Shown piece by piece: positions 47,978 through 57,329 of a stretch of DNA of 64,000 bases. Position numbers and translations under genes: made by a program. Under the pieces are notes generated by a model. The model did not search any database. It worked only from the letters and a program-made list of their open reading frames with translations, and was not told the DNA's origin. The DNA comes from Minisyncoccota bacterium (GTDB lineage: Bacteria > Patescibacteriota > Minisyncoccia > Phycocordibacterales > GCA-2401445): contig JBBDJV010000020.1 in assembly GCA_040879725.1 (NCBI GenBank), positions 9,086 to 73,085 of the forward strand. Direction: 5' to 3'. Position 1 is the stretch's first letter. Every line of letters begins with the position of its first letter.

Positions 47978-49011
47978 ATGCTCTTTAGTATACGCGGAAT
48001 AAGTGTGGAAAGCTCGTGTTTACGTACCACACTCATGTGTAGCGCCGTTTGTAATTCACGAATGTTGCTAACACCACGTACCCGCTCAAGCGCCTCCACT
48101 AATGACAGAGCGTTTCCTTCCATAAAACTGAGTAGTGATTGATACTCTCCTAATACCTCTCCGCACGCATTATTTGAGGTTATTGGTACCACGCCAACCG
48201 CAAGTGCTTCCAATACCACCTTGTCCAGACTACCGGTAGTACTTGCATGCAGTAGTATATCCATACCCGGAAGAAAATCCGCAAGCTTATTCTGGCTTTT
48301 ACTCCCAACAAAAGAAACTACTGAATGTAGCGCATTTTTCTCCACATACACTTCAAGCGCTTTCTGATATGTATAGTCACGAGGAGTAAGTGGTAAACCA
48401 ACAATAAAGAGATGAACGGGAATTTTTTTTTCTTTGCAGAGCGCCATAGCTTTGAGCAGTAAGAGCTGATCTTTTGCCGGTGAAATCCTGCCAACCGCTA
48501 CGAGATGAAGTGGTGTTGAAAAATCGTGTGGGTTAAAAGAAAAAAGAGTGGTGTCTATACCATGACCTGTTACCACGATTTTTTTACTTGGTATTCTAAA
48601 GCTCTCTTTTGATGCGGTAGTAATAGAGTGTGCGAGAAATGTCGCAACCCGGAGTGAAACAGTTACCGACTTGTGCGTATACCAGAGTACTATTTTCTTC
48701 CCAAGCAACCTCCACAACAGCCCGCCCAATACCACATACTCGGGGTTCATATGCACAAATACCACGTCGTATTCCTTTCGGAGTGTCCATGCGTATGCAT
48801 AGAAATTAAAAATCCTACGGAGTTTTCCCACACCACTTTCTTTTCCTAAACTTTTAACCACAACATTTTCAGGAAATGAATACTCTCCCACACCGAGCGC
48901 CACGACAGAAACTTGCTCCGCGTTCTTTGCGAATTCTTCAATCCACCTATGAAAGAACCCGAGGACAGAATCCTGTCTATTAACGGTTTGTGTCAGTATA
49001 AGAATGCGCAT
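47974..49011 (-). CDS. GT4 glycosyltransferase
   Basis: GT-B C-terminal domain with the E-x7-E region (GSLDKVVLEALAVGVVPI). Confidence 0.65.
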   Translation of the reverse strand: MRILILTQTVNRQDSVLGFFHRWIEEFAKNAEQVSVVALGVGEYSFPENVVVKSLGKESGVGKLRRIFNFYAYAWTLRKEYDVVFVHMNPEYVVLGGLLWRLLGKKIVLWYTHKSVTVSLRVATFLAHSITTASKESFRIPSKKIVVTGHGIDTTLFSFNPHDFSTPLHLVAVGRISPAKDQLLLLKAMALCKEKKIPVHLFIVGLPLTPRDYTYQKALEVYVEKNALHSVVSFVGSKSQNKLADFLPGMDILLHASTTGSLDKVVLEALAVGVVPITSNNACGEVLGEYQSLLSFMEGNALSLVEALERVRGVSNIRELQTALHMSVVRKHELSTLIPRILKSI

Positions 49012-49414
49012 GGTTTTTAAAGGTATGGTTTTTATTCAAAAGGAAGTTTATAACTGAAACAATACAAACCGCGATGGCTTGTGATATAAGTGGTACGAGG
49101 TGTATGCGTTCAATAAACACATGCAGAAGTGCTATGTTTGCAACCAAACCAAAAATAGCAACTCCGGTATACCACACGAACTCTCTTTTTATTTCACCAA
49201 GTATTTTGTGACCGAATGTCCAAAATTTCTGCATCAAAAAATTAACAAAAAGGGCTACAACAAACGCTCCTGTCGCGGCGAGCGGATACCACATTCCTGT
49301 TCGCTCCAACAACCAAAAAATTACAATGCTTAAAAACGCTCCAGTAAGACCCGAAATTCCGTAGCGAAAGAGCAACCTGCGATCTTTAAAATTATCTAAA
49401 AATTTACTGAGCAC
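48980..49414 (-). CDS. GtrA-family small membrane protein
   Basis: Four TM helices and a GtrA-like WTF motif (QKFWTFGHK). Confidence 0.55.
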   Translation of the reverse strand: MLSKFLDNFKDRRLLFRYGISGLTGAFLSIVIFWLLERTGMWYPLAATGAFVVALFVNFLMQKFWTFGHKILGEIKREFVWYTGVAIFGLVANIALLHVFIERIHLVPLISQAIAVCIVSVINFLLNKNHTFKNHAHSYTDTNR

Positions 49415-50273
49415 GTTTCTTTTGTCTTATATAATCCTCGCCGTATACGCCTGACAACTTTTCAATATCTTTGTTGCTCTTCAGAAGAAGCTCGATATTT
49501 TTATCGCGAAGTTCTTCAAGTAATTTCACCCCATGTTCATCTCCCACAAGTGAGCGATACATTTCAGAAAACGCAGAGAAATCTTTTATAAAACAGTTTC
49601 CGCCCGCGCCGCGTCCATTTTTATGAATAGGCGAAAGATGTGTATTGCCGATGCGAGGATCTGCTGAAAGTGCCTGTTCGAGCACCTCCCACTCAAGTCC
49701 TAGCGTAGCAGAAAGGTCGTAGAGCATATTCACAAAAACAACTTTCACAAAAAACCAATTATTTCCCGCGTATTTTATCATCTCCGCGGTTCGTGAATTT
49801 GTAACAAGAACGTACGGAGCATACGGAAGTGCGTCCATAATAGCTTCTGCACGTTCTTTAAATTCACCATTCTCAATCGCCATACCAACAATATTTCTGT
49901 CCGGATGTCCGGCATCGTATTCAGCTGTTGCTTCAGTAAGAAACTCAGGTGAGTGGAATAAAAAATATTCAGAGAATTTTGTTTGGAGTGTTTCGGTAGT
50001 TTTTGGCAACACGGTTGATTTAATAACCACAGATGCACCACGCCCTACGAGAGACAACACTTCTTCAACTGTACTGTAGTCAAAGCCATCCGGAGTACTT
50101 GGGGTAGGAACCGCTATAAAAACCAAGTCGCAGTGCTTTATTCTCTCTCTATTTCCTGCAAATTCAGGATCAAGTCCATAGCGAATAACTTCAAATCCTC
50201 TACTCTCAAAATCATCAGCGTAATTTTTTCCAATATACCCTTGTCCAATGAACCCAATTTTTTTGAATTTCAT
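49404..50273 (-). CDS. Nucleotide-sugar dehydrogenase family protein (UDP-glucose/GDP-mannose 6-dehydrogenase-like, short)
   Basis: N-terminal Rossmann motif IGFIGQGYIGK and the central FSPEFLTEATAEYD...DR motif. At 290 aa from MKFKK it is shorter than canonical UDP-glucose 6-dehydrogenases. Confidence 0.5.
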   Translation of the reverse strand: MKFKKIGFIGQGYIGKNYADDFESRGFEVIRYGLDPEFAGNRERIKHCDLVFIAVPTPSTPDGFDYSTVEEVLSLVGRGASVVIKSTVLPKTTETLQTKFSEYFLFHSPEFLTEATAEYDAGHPDRNIVGMAIENGEFKERAEAIMDALPYAPYVLVTNSRTAEMIKYAGNNWFFVKVVFVNMLYDLSATLGLEWEVLEQALSADPRIGNTHLSPIHKNGRGAGGNCFIKDFSAFSEMYRSLVGDEHGVKLLEELRDKNIELLLKSNKDIEKLSGVYGEDYIRQKKRAQ

Positions 50274-50299
50274 ATGTTTGTATATGAATAGTACTCGAT

Positions 50300-51451
50300 T
50301 TATGACATTTCTGCACGCACACTTTTCCACGCATCACGTGTTTTAAGCACCGCTTGTTCAAATGTTTCCGTTCGAGCAAGAGCCTCTCTTCCTCCCACGC
50401 CATACTTCCTACGAGCCTCAGAATCAGAAAGAGTTTCAACGAGCGCTTCCGCGAGAGCCTCTGCATCATGGCGGGGCACCACCCTGCCGTTTTCTCTGTC
50501 AGTTACCACCTCACCAGCGCATCCCACATCAGTCATAACTACCGACAGTCCACTTGCCAGAGCCTCGACAACCACCCGTGCCCAACCTTCATAGTTAGAA
50601 GAAAGCGCGTATACATCTGCTGTTTTATACAAAGAAGCAACATCGTCACTCCACGCATGCATAACTACGTATTCAGAAACACCAAGCTCTTTAGCACACC
50701 TGCTAATATTTTCTTTTTCATTTCCACTTCCCACGAGCACCAAACGCGCTTCGGGTATTTTTTTCCTAACTTCAACAAATGCCTTTAGAAGCAAAGGTAG
50801 ATTTTTCTGCTTCACCATGCGTCCCACCCACAGAATAAAAGGTCCTGATAAACCCGTCTGTTCACTGAGAGTTGTTTTAGGAGTAGTATTTTTAAAATCA
50901 TCAATATGTGTCACTACCGGAAACCGAACAATCTTTTCAGCCGGTACACCCATTGTCTTTACCGTTCCCTCAATCCTCTTGGAAACAACACGCACCTGGT
51001 TTGCTCGCGGAATAACCAATGTTCCCAGAAAATACCGCACGCGATTAAGCAGTGACTCACACTTCCAGTCTTGTGTGCTAAAGAAATCACCATGCTCCTG
51101 AACCTGAAGAGGAACTCGATACAACCGTGAAAGTAAAAGACCGAGCACACCCGCCTCAAAAGGATCTTGCGTGCTGATAACCCATTCTTTTTCCTTCTGC
51201 TCTTTCAGTATTCTTCGTGAAATTAAAAATGCTTTGAGTAGATGCGTAAACGGTGTTCGCGCATTTGTTGGATACACCACAAGAGAGTCGCTTATGCGCG
51301 TCTTTTGGTGTTTTAGTTTGGCATGAGAAAAAACAACAATATGCTGTTCGAATTCACTCCCTGCGTACGCAACCTGCCTGCGCGCAGAAACAGAATAAGA
51401 AGTAAATAAATCTTTATCGTTTCCTATAACAAGAATTCCTATTCTACTCAT
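50300..51451 (-). CDS. GT4 glycosyltransferase
   Basis: GT-B E-x7-E region (SSNYEGWARVVVEALASGLSVVMTDVG). Start at MSRIGIL gives an ATGA overlap with the upstream gene. Confidence 0.65.
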   Translation of the reverse strand: MSRIGILVIGNDKDLFTSYSVSARRQVAYAGSEFEQHIVVFSHAKLKHQKTRISDSLVVYPTNARTPFTHLLKAFLISRRILKEQKEKEWVISTQDPFEAGVLGLLLSRLYRVPLQVQEHGDFFSTQDWKCESLLNRVRYFLGTLVIPRANQVRVVSKRIEGTVKTMGVPAEKIVRFPVVTHIDDFKNTTPKTTLSEQTGLSGPFILWVGRMVKQKNLPLLLKAFVEVRKKIPEARLVLVGSGNEKENISRCAKELGVSEYVVMHAWSDDVASLYKTADVYALSSNYEGWARVVVEALASGLSVVMTDVGCAGEVVTDRENGRVVPRHDAEALAEALVETLSDSEARRKYGVGGREALARTETFEQAVLKTRDAWKSVRAEMS

Positions 51452-52446
51452 AGTAATGAAAGATATTCTGATAACACCATGTCCCATTCGCGAACTTTCT
51501 TAAATCCTCCCGCTTTCGCAACGTATGATTCATAGTATGCCGGGTAAGACAGAGAACGCATTGCCTCAGCAAGTGAGTCGGTATCAAATGGATCAATAAA
51601 AACACCAACGTCCTTTAGCTCTTCATACAAACCGCAATCTTGAGTTAGGATAAAGGGTTTGTTATAGCGCAAACCCTCAAGAACAATATTGGGAGCTACC
51701 TCTGAAAAAGAAGCAACCACTATCACTCCACATGATGCAATCTTTTTTTCGAGCACGTCAGGAGTAAACGTGCCGGTTACAAGCTCAATTCCACCTTTGG
51801 TTTGAGCTACATCAGTAAATGCGTGCTCGACCCTCTCTATATTTTTAAGAGCAATATTTCGCCCAACTGCAAGAAATGTCTTTTTTGCCTCCGGTTCAGA
51901 AGTTACCGGTATCTTTTCCCCGAAATAGTTTTCAATTACCGTAAATCGCTCGTGGTCAATGTTGTATGCAGGAACGGTAAAATCTCTTTGCCACTCCGTG
52001 GTAAATGCAACAACATCCGCTCTTTTATAGAGCATTTTAGTAAAAAATCGAATTGCTTTTTCTTTAAAAGTAAACTCTCTTTTAACAGAGTAAAAATCAC
52101 TCAGATGAACCATCTGCTTTATCCTCTCAACCCATGCCTCCCATAGAAAGTCACCGCCCACGCGGACAATTATTTTCTTGCGCATTACTTTCGCAGCTAA
52201 AAGCGAAGGTAGTCCCACACTCATAGTATCGAGCGCAATCACTCCCTTTGTTCCGATAAGCTTAAAACACATTTTTAGAAAGAAATAAAAATGACGTATT
52301 CCGCTTGGAAGTTTTCGCTCAAGCGTAAAGGTTGCCACTCGCGCGTGGTGTCCTTTTTCGTGCGCAGTGTGGGTAAGCATCGCGGCATATTTAGCGGGGC
52401 CTCCCACTTGTGGCGGATATACTCCTGTAGCTATTACAAATTTCAT
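51448..52446 (-). CDS. GT4 glycosyltransferase
   Basis: GT-B fold. Start at MKFVIATG gives an ATGA overlap with the upstream gene. Confidence 0.55.
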   Translation of the reverse strand: MKFVIATGVYPPQVGGPAKYAAMLTHTAHEKGHHARVATFTLERKLPSGIRHFYFFLKMCFKLIGTKGVIALDTMSVGLPSLLAAKVMRKKIIVRVGGDFLWEAWVERIKQMVHLSDFYSVKREFTFKEKAIRFFTKMLYKRADVVAFTTEWQRDFTVPAYNIDHERFTVIENYFGEKIPVTSEPEAKKTFLAVGRNIALKNIERVEHAFTDVAQTKGGIELVTGTFTPDVLEKKIASCGVIVVASFSEVAPNIVLEGLRYNKPFILTQDCGLYEELKDVGVFIDPFDTDSLAEAMRSLSYPAYYESYVAKAGGFKKVREWDMVLSEYLSLL

Positions 52447-53609
52447 ATTTTTTTGATTGAAAGACATAGTTCCATAAAATCTCCAGCAAGTCTATCCCAG
52501 CTATATGTTTCAACCGCAAGTCGTCTCCCTGCTTCGGTAATACTCTTTGCGTGTTCAGGTATTTGCATAAGTTCACTTACCGCGTGAGCAAGCGCCCCGG
52601 GATTATCCGGTTCCACCAAAATACCGGTAACTCGGTCCTCTATAAAATCAACTATCCCACCTACTGGTGTTCCGATAACCGGCAGTCCCGCAGACATTGC
52701 TTCAACAAAAGAATTTCCAAACCCTTCAGACCGGGACGTACGCACAAAAACATCGCTTGCGTGAAGATACTTTGGCAACTCATCTTGCGGAATAGTTGGC
52801 ACAAAATGAACCCTATCAAGTACACGCAACTCTCGCGCTAGCTGTGAAAGCGAGGTTCCCAACGGTCCACTTCCAACAATAAGTACGTGTACTTTTTTAT
52901 TCAGCAGAGGAAGAGTACGTACTAATGTATCAAGTCCGTTTTTATACACCAAACGCGACGTACTCACGAGCACATACGCGGAAGTGGGAATATGAAACTT
53001 CTGACGCAATGCATGCTTTTCCACCTCTGAAGCTCGCGCGGTAAACAGAGAAACATCAACTCCGTTTGGAAGTAGTGTAATAGGCGCTTTGGTGTCAGTC
53101 GCTTCCGCGCGCTTTTTTAAGTAGTTACTGATAACAGTAATGTGTGTTGCGGACCGTATAGGAAAATAGTGGAGCGGTCGAACTAAAAAGCGAAAAAGCA
53201 AATCATTGTTGAATACGTACCGTTTGAGATGTACTTCATCATCTCCCTCTTGCAGTGTGAGAATAAAACTTTTTTTATTTCTCATCCTGTGGAAAAGCGC
53301 TCCCGCAAGTCCTCCGAAACTTGCCATAATACCCCAAACACAATCATATGAAATGTGTCGCGAACGAATGAGAGCAACAAAAAAACCAGTCACCGGAAAT
53401 AGGTATTTATCGATAGGGTGTCCAATACCAACCCTTCGTACAGATACGGAACCGATTTGTTCATGCTTTGAGAGTGCTCGAGAATAGCGCGGAGTAAGCA
53501 TGTCAAAAGCAATACGTTCTTCGGGGATACGTTTTGTTAATTCATGAACCGCAATTTCCGCCCCACCTATGTGGGGAAGATAGTCCGTACTAAAAATTAA
53601 GATTTTCAT
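52443..53609 (-). CDS. GT4 glycosyltransferase
   Basis: N-terminal STDYLPHIGGAE and C-terminal RSEGFGNSFVEAMSAGLPVIGT. Confidence 0.7.
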   Translation of the reverse strand: MKILIFSTDYLPHIGGAEIAVHELTKRIPEERIAFDMLTPRYSRALSKHEQIGSVSVRRVGIGHPIDKYLFPVTGFFVALIRSRHISYDCVWGIMASFGGLAGALFHRMRNKKSFILTLQEGDDEVHLKRYVFNNDLLFRFLVRPLHYFPIRSATHITVISNYLKKRAEATDTKAPITLLPNGVDVSLFTARASEVEKHALRQKFHIPTSAYVLVSTSRLVYKNGLDTLVRTLPLLNKKVHVLIVGSGPLGTSLSQLARELRVLDRVHFVPTIPQDELPKYLHASDVFVRTSRSEGFGNSFVEAMSAGLPVIGTPVGGIVDFIEDRVTGILVEPDNPGALAHAVSELMQIPEHAKSITEAGRRLAVETYSWDRLAGDFMELCLSIKKI

Positions 53610-55117
53610 TCCTCTTCTATAATATCGTACTCTTCGGCTTCTTTCACCTCCTTATGTTTACTAAGTTGTAATGCAAAAACAGGAATAACCGACAGCGCCA
53701 CGAGTCCGATAATCCACCAGACTATACCACCCTCTCTACCCTCTGTCATACTATATGGAACTCCCGCAGTAAGAGTGCTCGTGGAGCCTGTATTTGTCTC
53801 TTCATCGGTTTCACTTATCTCACTATCAGTGTCTTCCTCTGCTTCTGTATTTTGGGGCGCAGGCGCGGAGCCTGCCTCCGCGCCCGCGCTTGGATCAACC
53901 ATTTTCGCAACTGCAACTTTTCTTTGAGTAGGAGCGCTTGCCTGAGGTCTGGAAGATATAGGAACTTCTTTTACCGCTCTGTATTCCGCAACAGGAACAC
54001 CTAGCGTGTCATGAAGCTGTACTGTTTTTCCTTGTGTTATCGGAAAACCAAAAACATATGAACCGAAAGGAGTTGATTGGTATGAAGAAAGAATACTCCT
54101 GGGAGGAAATGCGAACATTTGTTCACCTACATGAATACTCCATGAAGTAATGTCTATTGGATGCTGTGATTCGTTTTTCAACGTAACATACCCGTTAGTG
54201 CCGTACGTAACATCTTCAATAACAATCGTAGGACGCACTACTGTGACAATTACCTGATCCACAGCGTTGTATTCACCGGATGAAACAGAGAGAACGGCGG
54301 TATACTGACCAGGGTAGTGGTAGCGATACAGAATATTTTGTCCCTCAACAAACGTCCCATCTCCCAAATTCCATGTGTACCTAGCAGTTGTAAGTGCTTC
54401 ATTCTGAAACCCGTATCCACGTCCGTGAAAAGTTACCTCGCTTCCCACAAAAACTGTTTTTGAGCTTCCCGCATCTGCGGTTAATCTTTTATTTCCCGGT
54501 TGAAGCAGAGGAACGGAACCATTCCCTTCTCCAGAGTTTTCCTGTGAGCTGTTTTGATTTGTACTTCCTGAATTAGTCTCTTCGTCTGACTCTGTTGTTT
54601 CTTCCGGAAGAGCATGATGGCTATTTGCACTTCCAGGTGTCGGAGCACCCACTCCCCAAGTGCCTTGTAGCATCTGTAGTGTATTACCATCTCCATTTTC
54701 TCCAAGATTTGTGTCATACGTAACCTCGAAGAGAACTGTTTTATCGCCGTCTGCAAGTGAAAGAGTCTCTCCATCATTTTTTAATGAAAACGAACTATCG
54801 AACAACACACCACTCCACCCAGGATTATCACTAAGAAATGTTTGTGCGTCATCCGCAATAACAGCGTAGCTACCTGCTTCCATCTGTGTTCCACCTTGGA
54901 ATTCATGTATACCGTGATACACACCTCCTTCAAGAAAGGTGTACTCGGTAAGTGTGAGTGGTTCTGTTGTGTATACCTCTATCCATTCATGCTTCCCATC
55001 TCCTCCGGGGAAATCATACATAATTTCTGTTATCGAAAGAGACGCGTGAGAAAAAAGCGGAACGATGTACAGTGCGAAACTAAAAATTATTATAAAACTA
55101 TTGCGAGTCCTCACCAT
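53606..55117 (-). CDS. Cell-surface protein: signal peptide, lamin-tail domain, acidic linker, PKD domain, second LTD-like domain, C-terminal TM anchor
   Basis: SITEIMYDFPGGDGKHEWIEVYTTE is the lamin-tail-domain signature. YTWNLGDGT...YPGQYTAVLSVS is a classic PKD motif. The C-terminal WWIIGLVALSVIPVFAL helix is followed by a KHKE basic stop-transfer. Confidence 0.6.
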   Translation of the reverse strand: MVRTRNSFIIIFSFALYIVPLFSHASLSITEIMYDFPGGDGKHEWIEVYTTEPLTLTEYTFLEGGVYHGIHEFQGGTQMEAGSYAVIADDAQTFLSDNPGWSGVLFDSSFSLKNDGETLSLADGDKTVLFEVTYDTNLGENGDGNTLQMLQGTWGVGAPTPGSANSHHALPEETTESDEETNSGSTNQNSSQENSGEGNGSVPLLQPGNKRLTADAGSSKTVFVGSEVTFHGRGYGFQNEALTTARYTWNLGDGTFVEGQNILYRYHYPGQYTAVLSVSSGEYNAVDQVIVTVVRPTIVIEDVTYGTNGYVTLKNESQHPIDITSWSIHVGEQMFAFPPRSILSSYQSTPFGSYVFGFPITQGKTVQLHDTLGVPVAEYRAVKEVPISSRPQASAPTQRKVAVAKMVDPSAGAEAGSAPAPQNTEAEEDTDSEISETDEETNTGSTSTLTAGVPYSMTEGREGGIVWWIIGLVALSVIPVFALQLSKHKEVKEAEEYDIIEEE

Positions 55118-56993
55118 TGATCACTTTTTTCAAAGTTTCTTCTGATATTTCTCTCTTGGTAGTAGACGCTTCTTTATCTGATTCTTTTTTCCCTTGTTCT
55201 TTACCTATTTGTTCCGTTTGATTTGGTTCTTCACTGTTCTGTTCATTTGGAGTATTTTTTAGCAGTGACGCCAAAGCACTTCTTAACTCATTCTTCTTTT
55301 CTTCACTTGGACCTTTAGTGTCTTGGAAGACACGCTGTTTCTCTTTCTTCTGAAGAATTGTAAGCGACAAAGGTTTGTCTTGTTGCTCTGGTGTGGCAAC
55401 ATTTTCTTGTGTGTGCTCGGTGGTATTTTGATTTGAAGAATGTTCTGAAAAATGTTGCGAAGAGTGTTCTGGATCCTGCGCAAACGTCAGTGGTGTTGCG
55501 GGAGTTTTGGGCATATTTTGCTTGCGAATGAAGTTGTTTTTACTCCCAGTATCTTTTTGATCATATCGAGGGCGAGCGGTGTTTGGTGCACTCTCGCTAC
55601 CGTGCTGTCGGTTATTTCTGTCGTTTTGTACTCGACGGTCCTGGCCATTTCCTTGCGAAGATTTTGCGGGAGCGGACGTAGGAGCAAGAAGTACTCGAAC
55701 CTCATTTTCAACAATCGCTCGAGGTCGAGAAAACGCTTTTCGCGATATCTCAATTATTTCTTCTTTCTGGCTTATTTCAGGTCGAGGGATCGGAGGAATG
55801 GTTCGCGCTGAAAATGGCTGAGAACCCACACCGTCAATCATGAGTTTTAGATATATTTGAGCAAAATTGAGATTTACCAAATCTTCTGCGAGGAACGTAG
55901 GTGAAAATTCTTTTTCGAGTGTTTCCGCATCGTATGCACCCACACGAAAGGTTATCATTGTACCCACGTTTCCAAAAACCGCAGCGCGAACCTCTTCGGA
56001 CATCTGCTCAATGTACTGATGCGCCATTGTGAGATTGAGTTTATATTTTCGAGCTTCAGATAGAATGTCTGCAAATGACTCGTTTGCAAAAGACTGAAAC
56101 TCATCCACGTAGAGATAGAAATTAGGAAGATCTTTTTTCAGCACACCTTCATCAATATCCGCTCGAGACATTGCTGCTAGGTATATTTTAGTAATAAGCA
56201 TTGAGCCAATAAGGTTTGCATTCGCTTCACCCACTCGCCCCTTTGAAAGGTTTACGATAATTATTTTTTTCTCGTCCATCATTTTTCTCAGATCAAATGA
56301 TGACTTTGGCTGTCCGATAATATTCCTGATAAGCGGGTTTGAGGTAAACTGTCCTACTTTGTTTTGGATAGCAGGTGTTGCTTCCGCAGTAAAACGGTCA
56401 GTATAGTTTGCAAACTCATCTACCCAAAAAGCTCGGACAGACGCGTCTTGTATATTATCTACCACTTTTTTTCTAAAGTGTTTATCCGAGAGCATCCTGT
56501 TTACCGAAAGAAGAGTGGCGTTTGGATATTCCAGAAGTGCTAAGAGCGTATTGTTTAAAATGTATTCCATGCGGGCGCTCCACGCATCAGCCCAAATCTT
56601 CTTAAACGTTGACATAAGACCAGAGACAACCAAATGGCGCTTGTCATACCCTACGTCTTCCATAATGTTAAATGAAATAGGGTTTTCCAAATCAAAAGGA
56701 GCGAAATACATAACATCCTGTCTTCGCTCTTGCGGAACATAGTCGAGTAAAAGATCAGCAGTCTGACCGTGCGGGTCGATAAATGCCATACCTTCACCAT
56801 TTTTCATGTCCTGCACTGCCATGTTTTCAAGCAGTGTGGATTTACCCATGCCCGTTTTCCCTATCACATAGACATGACGGGTTCGGTCTTTTGCTTTAAT
56901 GCCAAAGGGAATGCATTTGTTACGTGCATCTGTCTCGGCAAAATAGGTTACTCGCTCTTCGTTATACATTAGGTTTAGTATATCACTATACAA
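55098..56993 (-). CDS. VirD4/TraD/TraG-type (type IV coupling protein-like) P-loop ATPase, soluble, with a 220-aa disordered polar C-terminal tail
   Basis: Walker A VIGKTGMGKST and Walker B FYLYVDEFQSF. The LTMAHQYIEQM...FGNVGTMITFRVG block matches the T4CP C-terminal (TraG-D_C-like) pattern. TTG start at 56993, with an alternative ATG at 56969. Confidence 0.5.
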   Translation of the reverse strand: MYSDILNLMYNEERVTYFAETDARNKCIPFGIKAKDRTRHVYVIGKTGMGKSTLLENMAVQDMKNGEGMAFIDPHGQTADLLLDYVPQERRQDVMYFAPFDLENPISFNIMEDVGYDKRHLVVSGLMSTFKKIWADAWSARMEYILNNTLLALLEYPNATLLSVNRMLSDKHFRKKVVDNIQDASVRAFWVDEFANYTDRFTAEATPAIQNKVGQFTSNPLIRNIIGQPKSSFDLRKMMDEKKIIIVNLSKGRVGEANANLIGSMLITKIYLAAMSRADIDEGVLKKDLPNFYLYVDEFQSFANESFADILSEARKYKLNLTMAHQYIEQMSEEVRAAVFGNVGTMITFRVGAYDAETLEKEFSPTFLAEDLVNLNFAQIYLKLMIDGVGSQPFSARTIPPIPRPEISQKEEIIEISRKAFSRPRAIVENEVRVLLAPTSAPAKSSQGNGQDRRVQNDRNNRQHGSESAPNTARPRYDQKDTGSKNNFIRKQNMPKTPATPLTFAQDPEHSSQHFSEHSSNQNTTEHTQENVATPEQQDKPLSLTILQKKEKQRVFQDTKGPSEEKKNELRSALASLLKNTPNEQNSEEPNQTEQIGKEQGKKESDKEASTTKREISEETLKKVINGEDSQ

Positions 56994-57010
56994 ATATTAT
57001 TTTTGTGTAC

Positions 57011-57036
57011 AAAAACCCCCCGCATGCGCGAGGGGC
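57011..57036 (-). terminator. GC-rich hairpin terminator (minus orientation)
   Basis: CCCCCCGC-ATGC-GCGAGGGG with an A-run upstream on the plus strand, which reads as a T-run after the hairpin on the minus strand. Confidence 0.5.
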
Positions 57037-57054
57037 TTCGAGGAAGGTTAGGAG

Positions 57055-57237
57055 TTACGAAGGTTTTTCGATTTGAGAGTGCTGGACCAGCACATCCAGG
57101 TGACGAAAATCAATTCGTCTTGGATAGGGATCACTCGCAGTGGTCATTGTGGGTGGGTTCTGAGATCCCCAACCGAGAATTTGGGCCACCGTTGCAGGTC
57201 CGCGCACTTTTTTTGCTGCCTTTGCTGTCTTTGCCAT
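57055..57237 (-). CDS. Small basic hypothetical protein, 60 aa (MAKTAKAAKKVRGPATVAQILGWG...)
   Basis: AGGAAG Shine-Dalgarno 12 nt upstream of the ATG at 57237, with a terminator hairpin downstream. The segment is noticeably GC-richer than its flanks. No family recognised. Confidence 0.3.
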   Translation of the reverse strand: MAKTAKAAKKVRGPATVAQILGWGSQNPPTMTTASDPYPRRIDFRHLDVLVQHSQIEKPS

Positions 57238-57329
57238 AACACTGACTTTCTTCCTAACGTTTGGTTTCCGAGTAGAACCGTGAGTACGCACCAACGCACT
57301 CTTTACTCTGAGAAAAAGTATACACAATA

